From: an uncultured Hyphomicrobiales bacterium
GTDB lineage: Bacteria > Bacteroidota > Ignavibacteria > Kapaibacteriales > Kapaibacteriaceae
Length of the DNA stretch: 64,000 bases
Assembly: GCA_964467455.1 (NCBI GenBank)
Contig: CAYXQJ010000017.1
Location: 6,520-70,519, forward strand
Direction of reading: 5' to 3'
Shown here piece after piece: positions 1 to 8,729 of this stretch; positions within the stretch are counted from its first letter, which is position 1; every line of letters starts with the position of its first letter. Below the pieces are notes generated by a model, which was not told where the DNA came from, made no database searches, and was given only the letters and a program-made list of their open reading frames with translations. A program made the translations under genes and the position numbers.

Positions 1-77
1 AACATTTCGACAGCGGTGCCGCCGTCAATTTGCTCCAGCGTGCTGAGGTTGAGTTCCGTCAACCCCGCCAAATTCAA
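1..77 (-). CDS. hypothetical protein, N-terminal fragment running off the left edge
   Basis: TTG at 77-75 lies 8 nt after the helicase stop, with GGGA just upstream. The frame stays open to nt 1 (MNLAGLTELNLSTLEQIDGGTAVEM). Only 25 codons are visible, so this is weak. Confidence 0.2.
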   Translation of the reverse strand, partial: MNLAGLTELNLSTLEQIDGGTAVEM

Positions 78-84
78 TCGTCCC

Positions 85-2430
85 TTAGCCATTGCTGTCC
101 GTCCTTTCCTTTTGAGGTAGCAACTGTTGAAGCATCGTCCGGCGCATCGGCAGCGCCGCTCTCCTGCAATCTTGCTGCAGGATCCGCATTTGCCCGATCG
201 TGATGGCCAACTTGCTCGCCCGCGAGATCGCCGTCATCACCAACTCACGGCAGCCCACCCAGCGAGCCTTCGGCGATTCGTCCACCATGAAGATGATGTA
301 CGGTGCCTGGCTGCCCTGGCTCTTGTGCGTGGTAATCGCGTACGCCAGCGTGAAAGAATCCAAGTTCTCGCCCGACGCCGAGATGATCCGCTTGGGATCG
401 CTGAACTCGAACACCAGTTCCTTTTCGCCGGCCGACTTCAACACGCCGACTTCACCATTGGCCACGAAGCTGCCAGCGTTCTCGCCCTTCTCCTCGAACC
501 ACGTATGGCCGCAGACGCCGCAGACGCTATTCGCTTCGCCGTCATGCTCGCGGAACTCCTCGCGGTTCATCCTTCGGACGTTCGACAGTTCGCACGCAGG
601 GCAGATGTTCGCCTGCGGGTACATGCCGTTCGAGAGACAGATCGACTTGTCGCCGACACGAAAGCCTTTCAGGGCCGGCTTGCCATTCGGATTGAGGATC
701 GACTGCAAGCCTTTGTTCAAGGCCGTGCGGGATACTGGCGTGTCGTCGTTCACCGTGCAGAGCACCTGGACGTCCCACATCCGATCGCAGCCGGCCGGCA
801 TCGTTTCGATCAGTTTCCGCAGCCGATGGCAGGCGATGGAAGCGTTCGCACATTCGCAATGCAGGTAATTCTCGCCAGCCTCGAGATGCACGTACGGTGA
901 GGGCCTGAATGAACGCCCGTGGCGAATGTCCTGGCAGACATGCGCGATCCGGCCGCCGTGACGATGAATCTCGGTGAGCTCGCCCGAGGGGATACCGGAC
1001 GCCAGCATGTCACGAAGCGGGGCGCCGTGCCCCACCGGCGGAAGCTGCCCTGGATCGCCGATGAACAGTAGGTGGGTGCCCGGAGCGCACGCGCTCAGCA
1101 GCGAGCACAGCAGCGAATCGTCCACCATCGAGAACTCGTCAACTACGACGAGCCTCACCGGCAGCGGTCGTTCGGGCCCATGCACGAACCCCCAGCCCTT
1201 GCCGTCGTGGCCGTTTCGGTTCGGCACGAGCAGCCGGTGGATGGTTGTCCCTTCGATCTCGATGCCCGTGCCACGAAGCGCACTTCGCATCGATTCGGTG
1301 ATCCGCACGGCAGCCTTGCCGGTGGGAGCACATACGGCGACGTCCCACGGATCGACTTCCTCCAAGATCTTGCGAATCAAGGCGCCGGCGGTGTGCGTCT
1401 TGCCCGTGCCTGGCCCGCCGACGAGGATCGCTACCGGGCGCGCGATGGCCGCAGCCACCTGCCCGGATTGATGGCTCGAGATGCCGGGGATGGCCGTTTC
1501 GTCAGGCCATAGCGGTTCGAACTCAGCCGCCTGATCCCACGTTACGAGATCGTGCAGTTTGGCTGCAATCCGCTCCTCCTGCTCCGCATAGTCCCGCAAC
1601 GTGATGAACTCGCCGCGCTCGGCCAGCCACCTCGCCCTCACTCCGAACCGAATAACCTTCTCCTCCTCGAACTCTGCCCCGCCGATCATCCGCGCAGCTT
1701 CTTCCACCACCTCGCCGCGCACAAACCACGTATGTCCAGACGAATTGCCCTTCATCGTGTACCAGAGGCAAAGCAACTGCCGCTTCAACCGCCCCAGTGG
1801 CAGGCCGAGATCCTGGTACAGCCGATCGCAGCGCGCGAATCCGCAGCCGCCGAACCCTTCCACCATCAGCCGAAACGGATCGTGGCGGATTCGATTCGGA
1901 GCGTGGATGCCCCACCGCTTGATACAATCGTCCACCAGCGTGCCGGTGAACCCCCTACCCTTGAACAATCCCATTAGATCGATGCGCGTAGCTTCCAGTT
2001 CGGCGATGGCAGTGAGGGACTTCGCCGCCTCGGTGGCCACGTCGATTCGCAGTCCTGGGCATTCCATCGAGACGCACATGGGATCGGTGCGCAGGGCCGA
2101 GATTGCGTTCGATCCGAATACGTCCCACAGTTTGAGCGCGATCCGCGGACCAATGCCCGAGCAGAACTTCGTCAGGTAGGCGATCGTTCCTTCACGGGTT
2201 GCCGGCCGTGCGAACACGATTTGCGAGAACTTGAATTGCTTTCCGTGCCGGGGGTGTTCGTCCCACTTGCCGTAGAACTGGTACTCCATTCCAGGCTGCA
2301 GCATCTCCTCGCCGATCGAACCGGCCACCTTCGTCTCGTCCTCGAGCACGCCGATGGTGAAATCAGAGTCCTCGGCACGGTAGAGCGTGCGACGGTAGGT
2401 GCCAGTGATGTCGGTGAGCGGGGCGGCCAT
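85..2430 (-). CDS. RecD2-like SF1B DNA helicase
   Basis: ORF 85..2832 trimmed to the ATG at 2430-2428 (MAAPLTDITG). Walker A GGPGTGKTH, Walker B VVVDEFSMVD, C-terminal AITTHKSQGSQAPYIIF motif. The RRRS-repeat N-terminus of the tracked ORF is the 12-bp tandem repeat read in the wrong frame. Confidence 0.85.
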   Translation of the reverse strand: MAAPLTDITGTYRRTLYRAEDSDFTIGVLEDETKVAGSIGEEMLQPGMEYQFYGKWDEHPRHGKQFKFSQIVFARPATREGTIAYLTKFCSGIGPRIALKLWDVFGSNAISALRTDPMCVSMECPGLRIDVATEAAKSLTAIAELEATRIDLMGLFKGRGFTGTLVDDCIKRWGIHAPNRIRHDPFRLMVEGFGGCGFARCDRLYQDLGLPLGRLKRQLLCLWYTMKGNSSGHTWFVRGEVVEEAARMIGGAEFEEEKVIRFGVRARWLAERGEFITLRDYAEQEERIAAKLHDLVTWDQAAEFEPLWPDETAIPGISSHQSGQVAAAIARPVAILVGGPGTGKTHTAGALIRKILEEVDPWDVAVCAPTGKAAVRITESMRSALRGTGIEIEGTTIHRLLVPNRNGHDGKGWGFVHGPERPLPVRLVVVDEFSMVDDSLLCSLLSACAPGTHLLFIGDPGQLPPVGHGAPLRDMLASGIPSGELTEIHRHGGRIAHVCQDIRHGRSFRPSPYVHLEAGENYLHCECANASIACHRLRKLIETMPAGCDRMWDVQVLCTVNDDTPVSRTALNKGLQSILNPNGKPALKGFRVGDKSICLSNGMYPQANICPACELSNVRRMNREEFREHDGEANSVCGVCGHTWFEEKGENAGSFVANGEVGVLKSAGEKELVFEFSDPKRIISASGENLDSFTLAYAITTHKSQGSQAPYIIFMVDESPKARWVGCRELVMTAISRASKLAITIGQMRILQQDCRRAALPMRRTMLQQLLPQKERTDSNG

Positions 2431-2458
2431 GCTGCTTCCGTGCGATACGTGAAATGAA

Positions 2459-3139
2459 CTAGATTGATGCCACCGGCGCAGCCGCCATGAGTTCGAGCAG
2501 TTTGTCGGCCATCTTTTCGTAAGCCGCCGACCGTGCCGCCGCCGACTCCGCCGCCGACTCCGCCGCCGACTCCGCCGCCGACTTCGCCGCCGACTCCGCC
2601 GCCGACTCCGCCGCCGACTTCGCCGCCGACTTCGCCGCCGCCGACTTCGCCGCCGACCACGCCGACTCATCAAGCAGCGCGCCACCGATGATGCGATTAT
2701 GTAATTCCCGCACCTGTTCAATCGCCGCGCGGTTGACGTCCACGATCGCGAGCAAACCAGCTTCGGGCGAAAGCTTCCACTCTTCGAACTGATGCCAGAC
2801 GAGCGAAAGTTCGGCGCCGACAGGGATCGCATTCAGGAACCTCTCGGGCCAGTTCAGGTGCTTTTCCTTCGGTAGCTTCTCAAAGAACAAATCCATTAGC
2901 CGCGCGAGTCGCACAGGCACGCCGAGTTCAGCTTCGAAGTGAATGTGGCCACCGTACGGGAGCGACTTTCCGAGACGCTGATTGAGTGACCGGATAGCAC
3001 AGCCAACACCACAGCCATGCCAGTCGCCGTTCGTGCCTTCACCATAGGTGCCGCGCACGAGGCGATCCTGCTCGCGGTGCAACCGCATCTCTTCGAGCAT
3101 CATCTGTTTGAGATCGGGTTTTCCGAGGTAGGCGATCAT
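2459..3139 (-). CDS. hypothetical protein with C-terminal (S-A-A-E/K)n tetrapeptide repeat
   Basis: ATG at 3139-3137. An N-terminal part of about 170 aa without obvious repeats is followed by SAAKSAAAKSAAKSAAESAAESAAKSAAESAAESAAESAA. No family recognised. Confidence 0.6.
   Translation of the reverse strand: MIAYLGKPDLKQMMLEEMRLHREQDRLVRGTYGEGTNGDWHGCGVGCAIRSLNQRLGKSLPYGGHIHFEAELGVPVRLARLMDLFFEKLPKEKHLNWPERFLNAIPVGAELSLVWHQFEEWKLSPEAGLLAIVDVNRAAIEQVRELHNRIIGGALLDESAWSAAKSAAAKSAAKSAAESAAESAAKSAAESAAESAAESAAARSAAYEKMADKLLELMAAAPVASI
2523..2670. repeat. 12-bp tandem repeat, about 11 units of gccgccgact(c/t)c
   Basis: Units start at 2538, 2550, 2562, 2574, 2586, 2598, 2610 and 2622, with degenerate units at both ends. 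On the minus strand it encodes the SAAE/SAAK tetrapeptide repeat. Confidence 0.9.
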
Positions 3140-3159
3140 GGGCTAAATACCCTTTGTTC

Positions 3160-3232
3160 GATGGGAATAAGGAAAGGCCAGCCGGCGGAGCACCACATGG
3201 AATAGTGGGGAACTAAGGCTCCGCCGGCTGGC
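3160..3232 (-). terminator. Rho-independent-type terminator
   Basis: Perfect 15-bp inverted repeat GCCAGCCGGCGGAGC (3177-3191) / GCTCCGCCGGCTGGC (3218-3232) with a 26-nt loop. On the minus strand it is followed by CTTTCCTTATTCCC. Confidence 0.6.
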
Positions 3233-3339
3233 TGGCTACGGTACCTACACACACGATTGAAAGGCGGCAGGGCGATTGTCTTGCGACGTACTGGAGAGGA
3301 TAGGAATGACAATCCAGGAACCGCCCTGCCGCACAGCGC

Positions 3340-4086
3340 CTAAAAGTCGTTCACCGCCATACCAGCCGGCGCAGGTGGGGCACTTGGCGGCTGGGAAGTG
3401 CCATTGGCTGCTGGGGGAGATGCCGGCGGTGGCGGCGGCGACCCAGGCGCCCGGCCGCAGGCGATGTCCGCCGCCTCCTTCCCATACTTCAACTCCACCA
3501 GTTCGTAGCTCTTGGGAACGCTGCGCACGGCCGGATCGAGAACGTGGAACACGCCGTCGTAGGCAAAGTCGTGCTTGTCGATGCTCTTGGCATCCTTGGG
3601 ATCCTTCGCCCGGAACTCGATCTTCCCGATGATCTGCTCGTGCTTCGCGCGATCCCATGTCTCGAGCGTGATCTTCGGTTGGCCGGTTGCCGCATCGACG
3701 ATCATCGAACGGCCGTCCACCGTGATCTCTTTCAGCAGGCCCAGGGCGATACCGAACCGCAGGGCCGATTTCTTCGAACCCTCTTTCGGTGGCCCGCCAC
3801 CGGCAGCACCCAGGTAGATCGAGTGGTTGAACTTCGCCCCGAACGGAGATTGCCCTTCGACGCCGTGAACTACGCCCATGCAAAAGACGATCGAGGGCGA
3901 CTTGTCCTTGCCATCCTTGTTGGTGGCGGCGAGATCGCGCTTCACGTCGTAAATTTCGAAGTGGTACGAGCCTGGCATCTTCACCCAGGAACCGCCCAAG
4001 TCCTCCTGGCTGTACTCGCTGCCGTCCATCGACCAGGCGTCCGCGTTATCGGCCGGGTTTCCACCCCATGCTGCGTCAGTGCTCAT
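3340..4086 (-). CDS. hypothetical protein, possibly a DUF669-like phage ssDNA-binding accessory protein, with a Pro-rich tail
   Basis: ATG at 4086-4084 with AAGGA 8 nt upstream. The segment PGSYHFEIYDVKRD...SIVFCMGVV...FNHSIYLG resembles DUF669-type proteins found next to phage recombinases. The call comes from memory of the family and is not verified. Confidence 0.55.
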   Translation of the reverse strand: MSTDAAWGGNPADNADAWSMDGSEYSQEDLGGSWVKMPGSYHFEIYDVKRDLAATNKDGKDKSPSIVFCMGVVHGVEGQSPFGAKFNHSIYLGAAGGGPPKEGSKKSALRFGIALGLLKEITVDGRSMIVDAATGQPKITLETWDRAKHEQIIGKIEFRAKDPKDAKSIDKHDFAYDGVFHVLDPAVRSVPKSYELVELKYGKEAADIACGRAPGSPPPPPASPPAANGTSQPPSAPPAPAGMAVNDF

Positions 4087-4251
4087 TGTGAGATTCCTTC
4101 TGCTTTAGCCGGCGCAGTACAGGCAGCATTTCCGATGCTGATAGCGTGAGTGCCGGCGGGTATCCAAGAACTTCGATTCCAACTTGTTGAACGATTGCTT
4201 CGCCGTACGTGGCGATGATCGGTTGCAGGTGGCCGGGAATGTCCCGGCGAA

Positions 4252-5682
4252 TCAGTTTGGGGCTGGTGCCTGGGTGGGTGGCGTGCCCGTACCGAGCGCC
4301 CCTTCCACCCACTGCTCGACTTCGGTTTTCACGCGGCCGGCAGCGGCTTCGGCGGCATCCTTCTCGGCCTTCCGCTTCTCGAACCACGCGACGAAGCGCA
4401 GGTAGCCGGAGTGGGTGAGCTGGTTGCCCGACTGCACGCCCGCTTTCGCCAGTAGTTCCTTCCACGTTTCAGTGGGCACTTGCAGCGAGGCGAGCCACGA
4501 CTTGAGGTTGTCGATCTCGTGCTGAGTGATCGGCGGATCGGCGGGTGTAGCAGTGGCAGGGGGCGGTGGTGCAGCCGCGGGTGCCGGTTCGGTGCCAGGT
4601 GCGCCCGTGGGAACCGTGGATGCCGGTTCGGGCAAGGGCGTAGCCGCTACCGTGATCGGTGCAGCCGGATTGGCCGCCGTTGCCACCGTCGCACGCTCGA
4701 CTTGCTGGGCCTGCCGCCCCTGCAGTTCCCGTCGCCGCATCTCCCCTTCCACCGACAATGCCGGCTGGTTCGACTCGCTAAAGTCGCCTACTTCTTCCGG
4801 CGTGTAATAGCCAGCATTCACGCCCGGGGCGATCGTGCGCACACCGTCGCTCACTGCTCGAGCCCAGAGCATTTGCATCCGGCCGCGCGGCGTGGCGTAC
4901 GTCGGTTTGAGATTCCCGTTCTGATCCTTCGTCCAAGGTTCATCCTTGATCTCGGCCCATGTCACTTCCGACATGTACTCGCGGGCCTTCCCCCTGCCGC
5001 GCTTGATCGACAGTCGAATGGCCGCCTTCTCCGGCGAGCGTTCGACAATATCAAACTCGCCGCCGATGGCCTCGAACTGGGCCAGCATCGCCGCCGACTT
5101 CATCGACAGCTTGCCGCCGATGATGTCATAGGTGCGAATCAGATCGAACGGCGACTTCTTCTCGCAGAAGCAGGCAAGCGCGAGCACGGTTCCCTGCTGC
5201 GGTTCCTTGCAGCCGAACATCCGCGCGTTGTAAAACGCCAGGCCGAGCTTCGCCACGGCATCGAGCGGATCGACGAACCGATCCCACACCGTCAGGGAAT
5301 TCATCGACGGATCGTGCTGCATCGTGGCCAGGGCCGTGCTGTTGCTGGGGGTGAGATCGGTGAGAGTGCCGTCGTCGGTGTCGGCGGCGGCGGTAGGTGC
5401 GTCCGTAGCCATCGTGGCGTTCCTTCCGTTCTTGCTAGTGGTGCGTGAGGGTTTCGATTGGAGTCGTGTTCGGATTGCCGCTTCGTCGGCGTCAGTGAGC
5501 GTGCGGCCGCGCCAGTCGTCCGGGTAGGTGCAGGAGAGTACGCGGAGATCGGCTGGCGGGACGTGGTAAAGGCGTTTGCGGCACGGGCAGTTCTTCGCGG
5601 CGGTGGCTTTCAAGTCGAGCGGGCATGACGGGAGGATGCTGCTGGCGAGGATCTGGGATGTTGAGTAGTGGCAAAGGATCAT
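4252..5682 (-). CDS. single-strand annealing protein, Red-beta/RecT-like
   Basis: PRGRMQMLWARAVSDGVRTIAPGVNAGYYTPEE resembles the Bet/RecT motif (P.RML..KA...R.AF....GIY..DE). Start taken at the ATG at 5682-5680, which overlaps the upstream stop as ATGA. The N-terminal 90 codons have coding-like C-rich third positions. Alternative start: ATG at 5412 (MATDAPT). Confidence 0.7.
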   Translation of the reverse strand: MILCHYSTSQILASSILPSCPLDLKATAAKNCPCRKRLYHVPPADLRVLSCTYPDDWRGRTLTDADEAAIRTRLQSKPSRTTSKNGRNATMATDAPTAAADTDDGTLTDLTPSNSTALATMQHDPSMNSLTVWDRFVDPLDAVAKLGLAFYNARMFGCKEPQQGTVLALACFCEKKSPFDLIRTYDIIGGKLSMKSAAMLAQFEAIGGEFDIVERSPEKAAIRLSIKRGRGKAREYMSEVTWAEIKDEPWTKDQNGNLKPTYATPRGRMQMLWARAVSDGVRTIAPGVNAGYYTPEEVGDFSESNQPALSVEGEMRRRELQGRQAQQVERATVATAANPAAPITVAATPLPEPASTVPTGAPGTEPAPAAAPPPPATATPADPPITQHEIDNLKSWLASLQVPTETWKELLAKAGVQSGNQLTHSGYLRFVAWFEKRKAEKDAAEAAAGRVKTEVEQWVEGALGTGTPPTQAPAPN

Positions 5683-5903
5683 TCTTCGGCCAGCAATTGC
5701 TCGGCGACTTCGGCAATTGCCCACCAGTCGCTCGACTTCATCGTCACCGATATCTCACAATTGGCTTGGTTGAGAGACGAGCATGCCGCCGCCTGAAACG
5801 CCCGTTCAGCGAAAATCACAACATCCGGCGGAGCCACTTCACGCTTCTGTTTCAGCAGCCGATCCCACTGCTTCACCTTCGTCATGCTTGGCTTTTTGGC
5901 CAT
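5679..5903 (-). CDS. hypothetical protein (74 aa)
   Basis: ATG at 5903-5901 with AGGAG 7 nt upstream. Stop overlaps the next start (ATGA). Confidence 0.55.
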   Translation of the reverse strand: MAKKPSMTKVKQWDRLLKQKREVAPPDVVIFAERAFQAAACSSLNQANCEISVTMKSSDWWAIAEVAEQLLAEE

Positions 5904-6069
5904 CGCGTTCGCTCCTGTTGTTCGAATTGAAAATGCCGGTCTCCCCCGGCTGGCAACCACATCGGGACTTCGCAGGTTGCGCGGTTCGCTACCATTCCGC
6001 AGCAGGTGCCGTTCTGCGGGCGGCGTCCCTCACCCGGGCATTGGGGTATGAGCCGTGCCCGTGGGTGTG

Positions 6070-6636
6070 TCAGTTCTCGTCGGCTTCGTTCTCGAGTTCC
6101 AAGTCACCGACGTACTTCATCAAGTCACCACCTTCGGCAACGTCTTGGATTGCAGCCTTGGCTCGCAATACCGCACGCTCGGCATGCGACAGCGTTTCCC
6201 TGGCTGCTTCCTCAATGCACTCGGCTAGGGACTCGCGCATCCAATTGCTTGCGTATCGGGTGCGATATGCGTAAGTGCGGCCTTTATCGTGACACGGAAT
6301 AACTATTGTTTTTTCGCCGTTCGCGGTAACTATGTAGCGAGATATTCCGGTCTCAATGTCTCCAGACCACAGTGAATCTCCGATTTTTAGGTTCGGAAAT
6401 ACCTTGTCGTCTTCATCCACGGACATACTACAGTCGCGCCTTTGGCTTTCCTCTACCGCCCCCATGTGAAACACGAACTGATTGAAGCGGTCGATCAGTT
6501 CCATCACGGCAACGGCCATGATCTGGCTGTTGTCGTCAATAAGCGCCTGGTCAGCTTCTTCTTTGGTGGAAAACGTCTGCCCCCACTCCTCGCTGACTAT
6601 TCGCCGAAGCGTTTCCCTAAATGTGAATAGCTTCAT
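6070..6636 (-). CDS. hypothetical protein (188 aa), in a visibly AT-richer segment
   Basis: ATG at 6636-6634 (MKLFTFRETL) with AGGAGAGG upstream, 9 nt after the exonuclease stop. The longer tracked ORF overlaps the exonuclease gene and is rejected. Confidence 0.6.
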   Translation of the reverse strand: MKLFTFRETLRRIVSEEWGQTFSTKEEADQALIDDNSQIMAVAVMELIDRFNQFVFHMGAVEESQRRDCSMSVDEDDKVFPNLKIGDSLWSGDIETGISRYIVTANGEKTIVIPCHDKGRTYAYRTRYASNWMRESLAECIEEAARETLSHAERAVLRAKAAIQDVAEGGDLMKYVGDLELENEADEN

Positions 6637-6644
6637 ATCCTCTC

Positions 6645-7697
6645 CTAACAAAACAACCCCGTCATCTTCCGACGAATCCCGCGCACCACTTCCACATCGC
6701 TCTCGCAGTACACCCCAACCTGCTCGGGATCGCTTTCGTACAGCTCCTGAACCTTGCTGCCATCGACGTCGCCGGCCGGCACGGGCACGCCGAGTAGCCG
6801 CGCAACGTCCTTCATCTTGCCGGGCCGATCCTTGCTCGTGTTCCCACGCCCGCCGAACAGTGCGAGATAAATATCCAGCACGTCGCCGCCCCACGGCTTC
6901 ATGTCGATCAGTCGCGTAGGTGGCACGCCGAGAATCATCGATCGCGTGAACAGCACAGGCAGATCGAAGCCGATCACGTTGAACCCGCACAGCGGTTTGC
7001 AGTTCGTCACCAACAGCCAGAATGCATCGAGAATGTCGGCCTCGGTGGCACCATCCAGGCCGACGACGATTGAATGCGGATCCTCATCGCCCGTGGCGTA
7101 GGCGAACGCACAGATCGAGCAGTACAGCGGTGTCGTGCTGAGCAGCTTGCGGCGATCGTCATCGAGCGCAACTAGTCGCTCGCTCTCGCCCAGCCACTCG
7201 TCGATCAGATCGAAGATGCCTTTTCGCTTCTGCCGGCCATCCTCTGCGGCGCGAAGTGCAACCCACCATTCATCAGGCGGGCACACGTCGGCCACGATCT
7301 TCTTGATGTCCGCGATCGGCTTCGCGAGAAGTTCGTCGGGCGCCGGGCATGCTGCCAGTTCGGCCCGCGGCTTCGCCCCTTCGATCTCCGGCAGGTTGAA
7401 CAGGTGCATGCGATCCTTGTCCGGAATCGTCTCGATGTCGAAGTAGAGCGAGCGATCACCCCTACCCCTACCCGTCCCCGTCTTCCGGTTCGTCGATGTC
7501 GATGCGGCGGCCGGCGCGTCGGTAGCCACTGCCGAGACTTCTGTTCTGCTTGGGCTTTGGCTTTGGTCCCCAGGGGCCTCCACTGCCATTCCCATCTCCG
7601 TCAGCGAAACGTCGGAGCCGTCCAGCGTCCACTCCTCCGTCGCCGTCGGTTCCGTCGTTGTCGTGGGTTGGGATGGGCCTGCCGGTACGTCGCTCAT
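6645..7697 (-). CDS. DnaQ-fold 3'-5' exonuclease, PolB-exonuclease-like
   Basis: Exo motifs SLYFDIET, GFNVIGFDLPVL and YCESDVE. ATG at 7697-7695 with GAGGAG 6 nt upstream. Confidence 0.75.
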   Translation of the reverse strand: MSDVPAGPSQPTTTTEPTATEEWTLDGSDVSLTEMGMAVEAPGDQSQSPSRTEVSAVATDAPAAASTSTNRKTGTGRGRGDRSLYFDIETIPDKDRMHLFNLPEIEGAKPRAELAACPAPDELLAKPIADIKKIVADVCPPDEWWVALRAAEDGRQKRKGIFDLIDEWLGESERLVALDDDRRKLLSTTPLYCSICAFAYATGDEDPHSIVVGLDGATEADILDAFWLLVTNCKPLCGFNVIGFDLPVLFTRSMILGVPPTRLIDMKPWGGDVLDIYLALFGGRGNTSKDRPGKMKDVARLLGVPVPAGDVDGSKVQELYESDPEQVGVYCESDVEVVRGIRRKMTGLFC

Positions 7698-7866
7698 AAA
7701 TTTCTCCTCGCCAGATCTCCACGTCGCGCGGTGCGTCGATTGCGATCCGTGCTGCTGTTTCTTCGTTCTTAGGCCGCCAGAAACCCGACAGTGATACCGT
7801 CACGTTCCGGCCGTCCTGCAATGTGATGACAGCTTCCTCGCCGATGTTGCGTTGAATAATGAGCAC
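7468..7866 (-). CDS. csrA: CsrA-like RNA-binding protein with a long low-complexity C-terminal tail
   Basis: GTG at 7866-7864 with AGGAGGG 5 nt upstream. MLIIQRNIGEEAVI...ARIAIDAPRDVEIWRGEIYERR parallels E. coli CsrA (MLILTRRVGE...[22 protein letters not shown]). The frame runs 75 codons past the conserved core and overlaps the exonuclease gene. Confidence 0.7.
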   Translation of the reverse strand: MLIIQRNIGEEAVITLQDGRNVTVSLSGFWRPKNEETAARIAIDAPRDVEIWRGEIYERRTGRPIPTHDNDGTDGDGGVDAGRLRRFADGDGNGSGGPWGPKPKPKQNRSLGSGYRRAGRRIDIDEPEDGDG

Positions 7867-7911
7867 GTAAGCCCTCCTGGCTCGAGTGAGAAACCACCTC
7901 CCTGCGGATCG

Positions 7912-8466
7912 CTAGATGCCGAGATGGGCGCGACGAATCGCGTCCTTGCGGCTTTCAATGTGCTTGATGTAGTCGCGGATGGGGCACGTCTTCGGCAGTG
8001 GCAGTTCCCCGCCGAGCATGGCTGCAACCGGCGAGCAACGCTGTTCCTTGCCGAAGTCGCTTTCGGGCCGGGCAATCGACAGCATCGCGTCGATCATCGC
8101 GTCCACGTACCGCTGCGAGAGCGACATGAACACCACCAGGCGCGAATCGATCACGGTGAACGCTCGCTGCACCGGATGCAGTTCACAGGCAGCCATCGCC
8201 AGGACGTCACAAAAGACGAACGGCGGTTCGATGCAGCTCACCAGCAGCGGCTTGCCGGTTAGGTTGCTGTACGTGCTGAGCGCCATGCTGCTGATACAGG
8301 CCTTAACACCATGCTTGATGTTCGGCCGGCGATCGCGATCCACAGAATCCTGCCAGCCTTCACCGCTGAGATCGTCCTCCTCGGTGATCTCCTGGGCAAC
8401 CGGATCAAGAACCGTTACCCACATGCCGGGACGTAGATCTTCGAGATTCACTACTTCGAGATTCAT
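7912..8466 (-). CDS. hypothetical protein (184 aa)
   Basis: ATG at 8466-8464 (MNLEVVNLEDL) with AAGGAAG upstream. The tracked ORF 7912..8925 runs through a terminator and a tRNA, so it was trimmed. Confidence 0.55.
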   Translation of the reverse strand: MNLEVVNLEDLRPGMWVTVLDPVAQEITEEDDLSGEGWQDSVDRDRRPNIKHGVKACISSMALSTYSNLTGKPLLVSCIEPPFVFCDVLAMAACELHPVQRAFTVIDSRLVVFMSLSQRYVDAMIDAMLSIARPESDFGKEQRCSPVAAMLGGELPLPKTCPIRDYIKHIESRKDAIRRAHLGI

Positions 8467-8500
8467 TCTCGCACTTCCTTGCATTGCCCCATGCCCAAGT

Positions 8501-8562
8501 GAAAAAGCGAACCCCGGCGGCGAGTAGTTGGTGGGGCAGGACCAGAGCTCCCCGCCGCCGGG
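8501..8562 (-). terminator. Rho-independent-type terminator downstream of the tRNA
   Basis: 10-bp stem CCCGGCGGCG (8513-8522) / CGCCGCCGGG (8553-8562). On the minus strand it is followed by GTTCGCTTTTTCAC. Confidence 0.55.
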
Positions 8563-8729
8563 ATGTACGAGGCTGGCCCAACAACGAGTCAAGCCAGTTC
8601 GCGCCGTGGCGCACGCAACACGCACAAATGCCCACGGCCCTAAACACTGTTCCAAAAGCCCTGATGCGGTGGGGCAGGGACCGCACCAGGGGGCCGGCCG
8701 GTTTGGGGCAGCCGGTTTATCGTTTAAGG

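Noticed and set aside
2523-2670. CRISPR array
   Set aside because: Head-to-tail 12-bp units with no spacers, lying inside a coding sequence. The same applies to the TAC microsatellite at 58343-58406 and the G-rich repeats at 44427-44600.
2431-2832. N-terminal RRRS-repeat extension of ORF 85..2832
   Set aside because: It is the 12-bp tandem repeat of the overlapping gene 2459..3139 read in another frame. A good ATG at 2430 begins the recognisable helicase.
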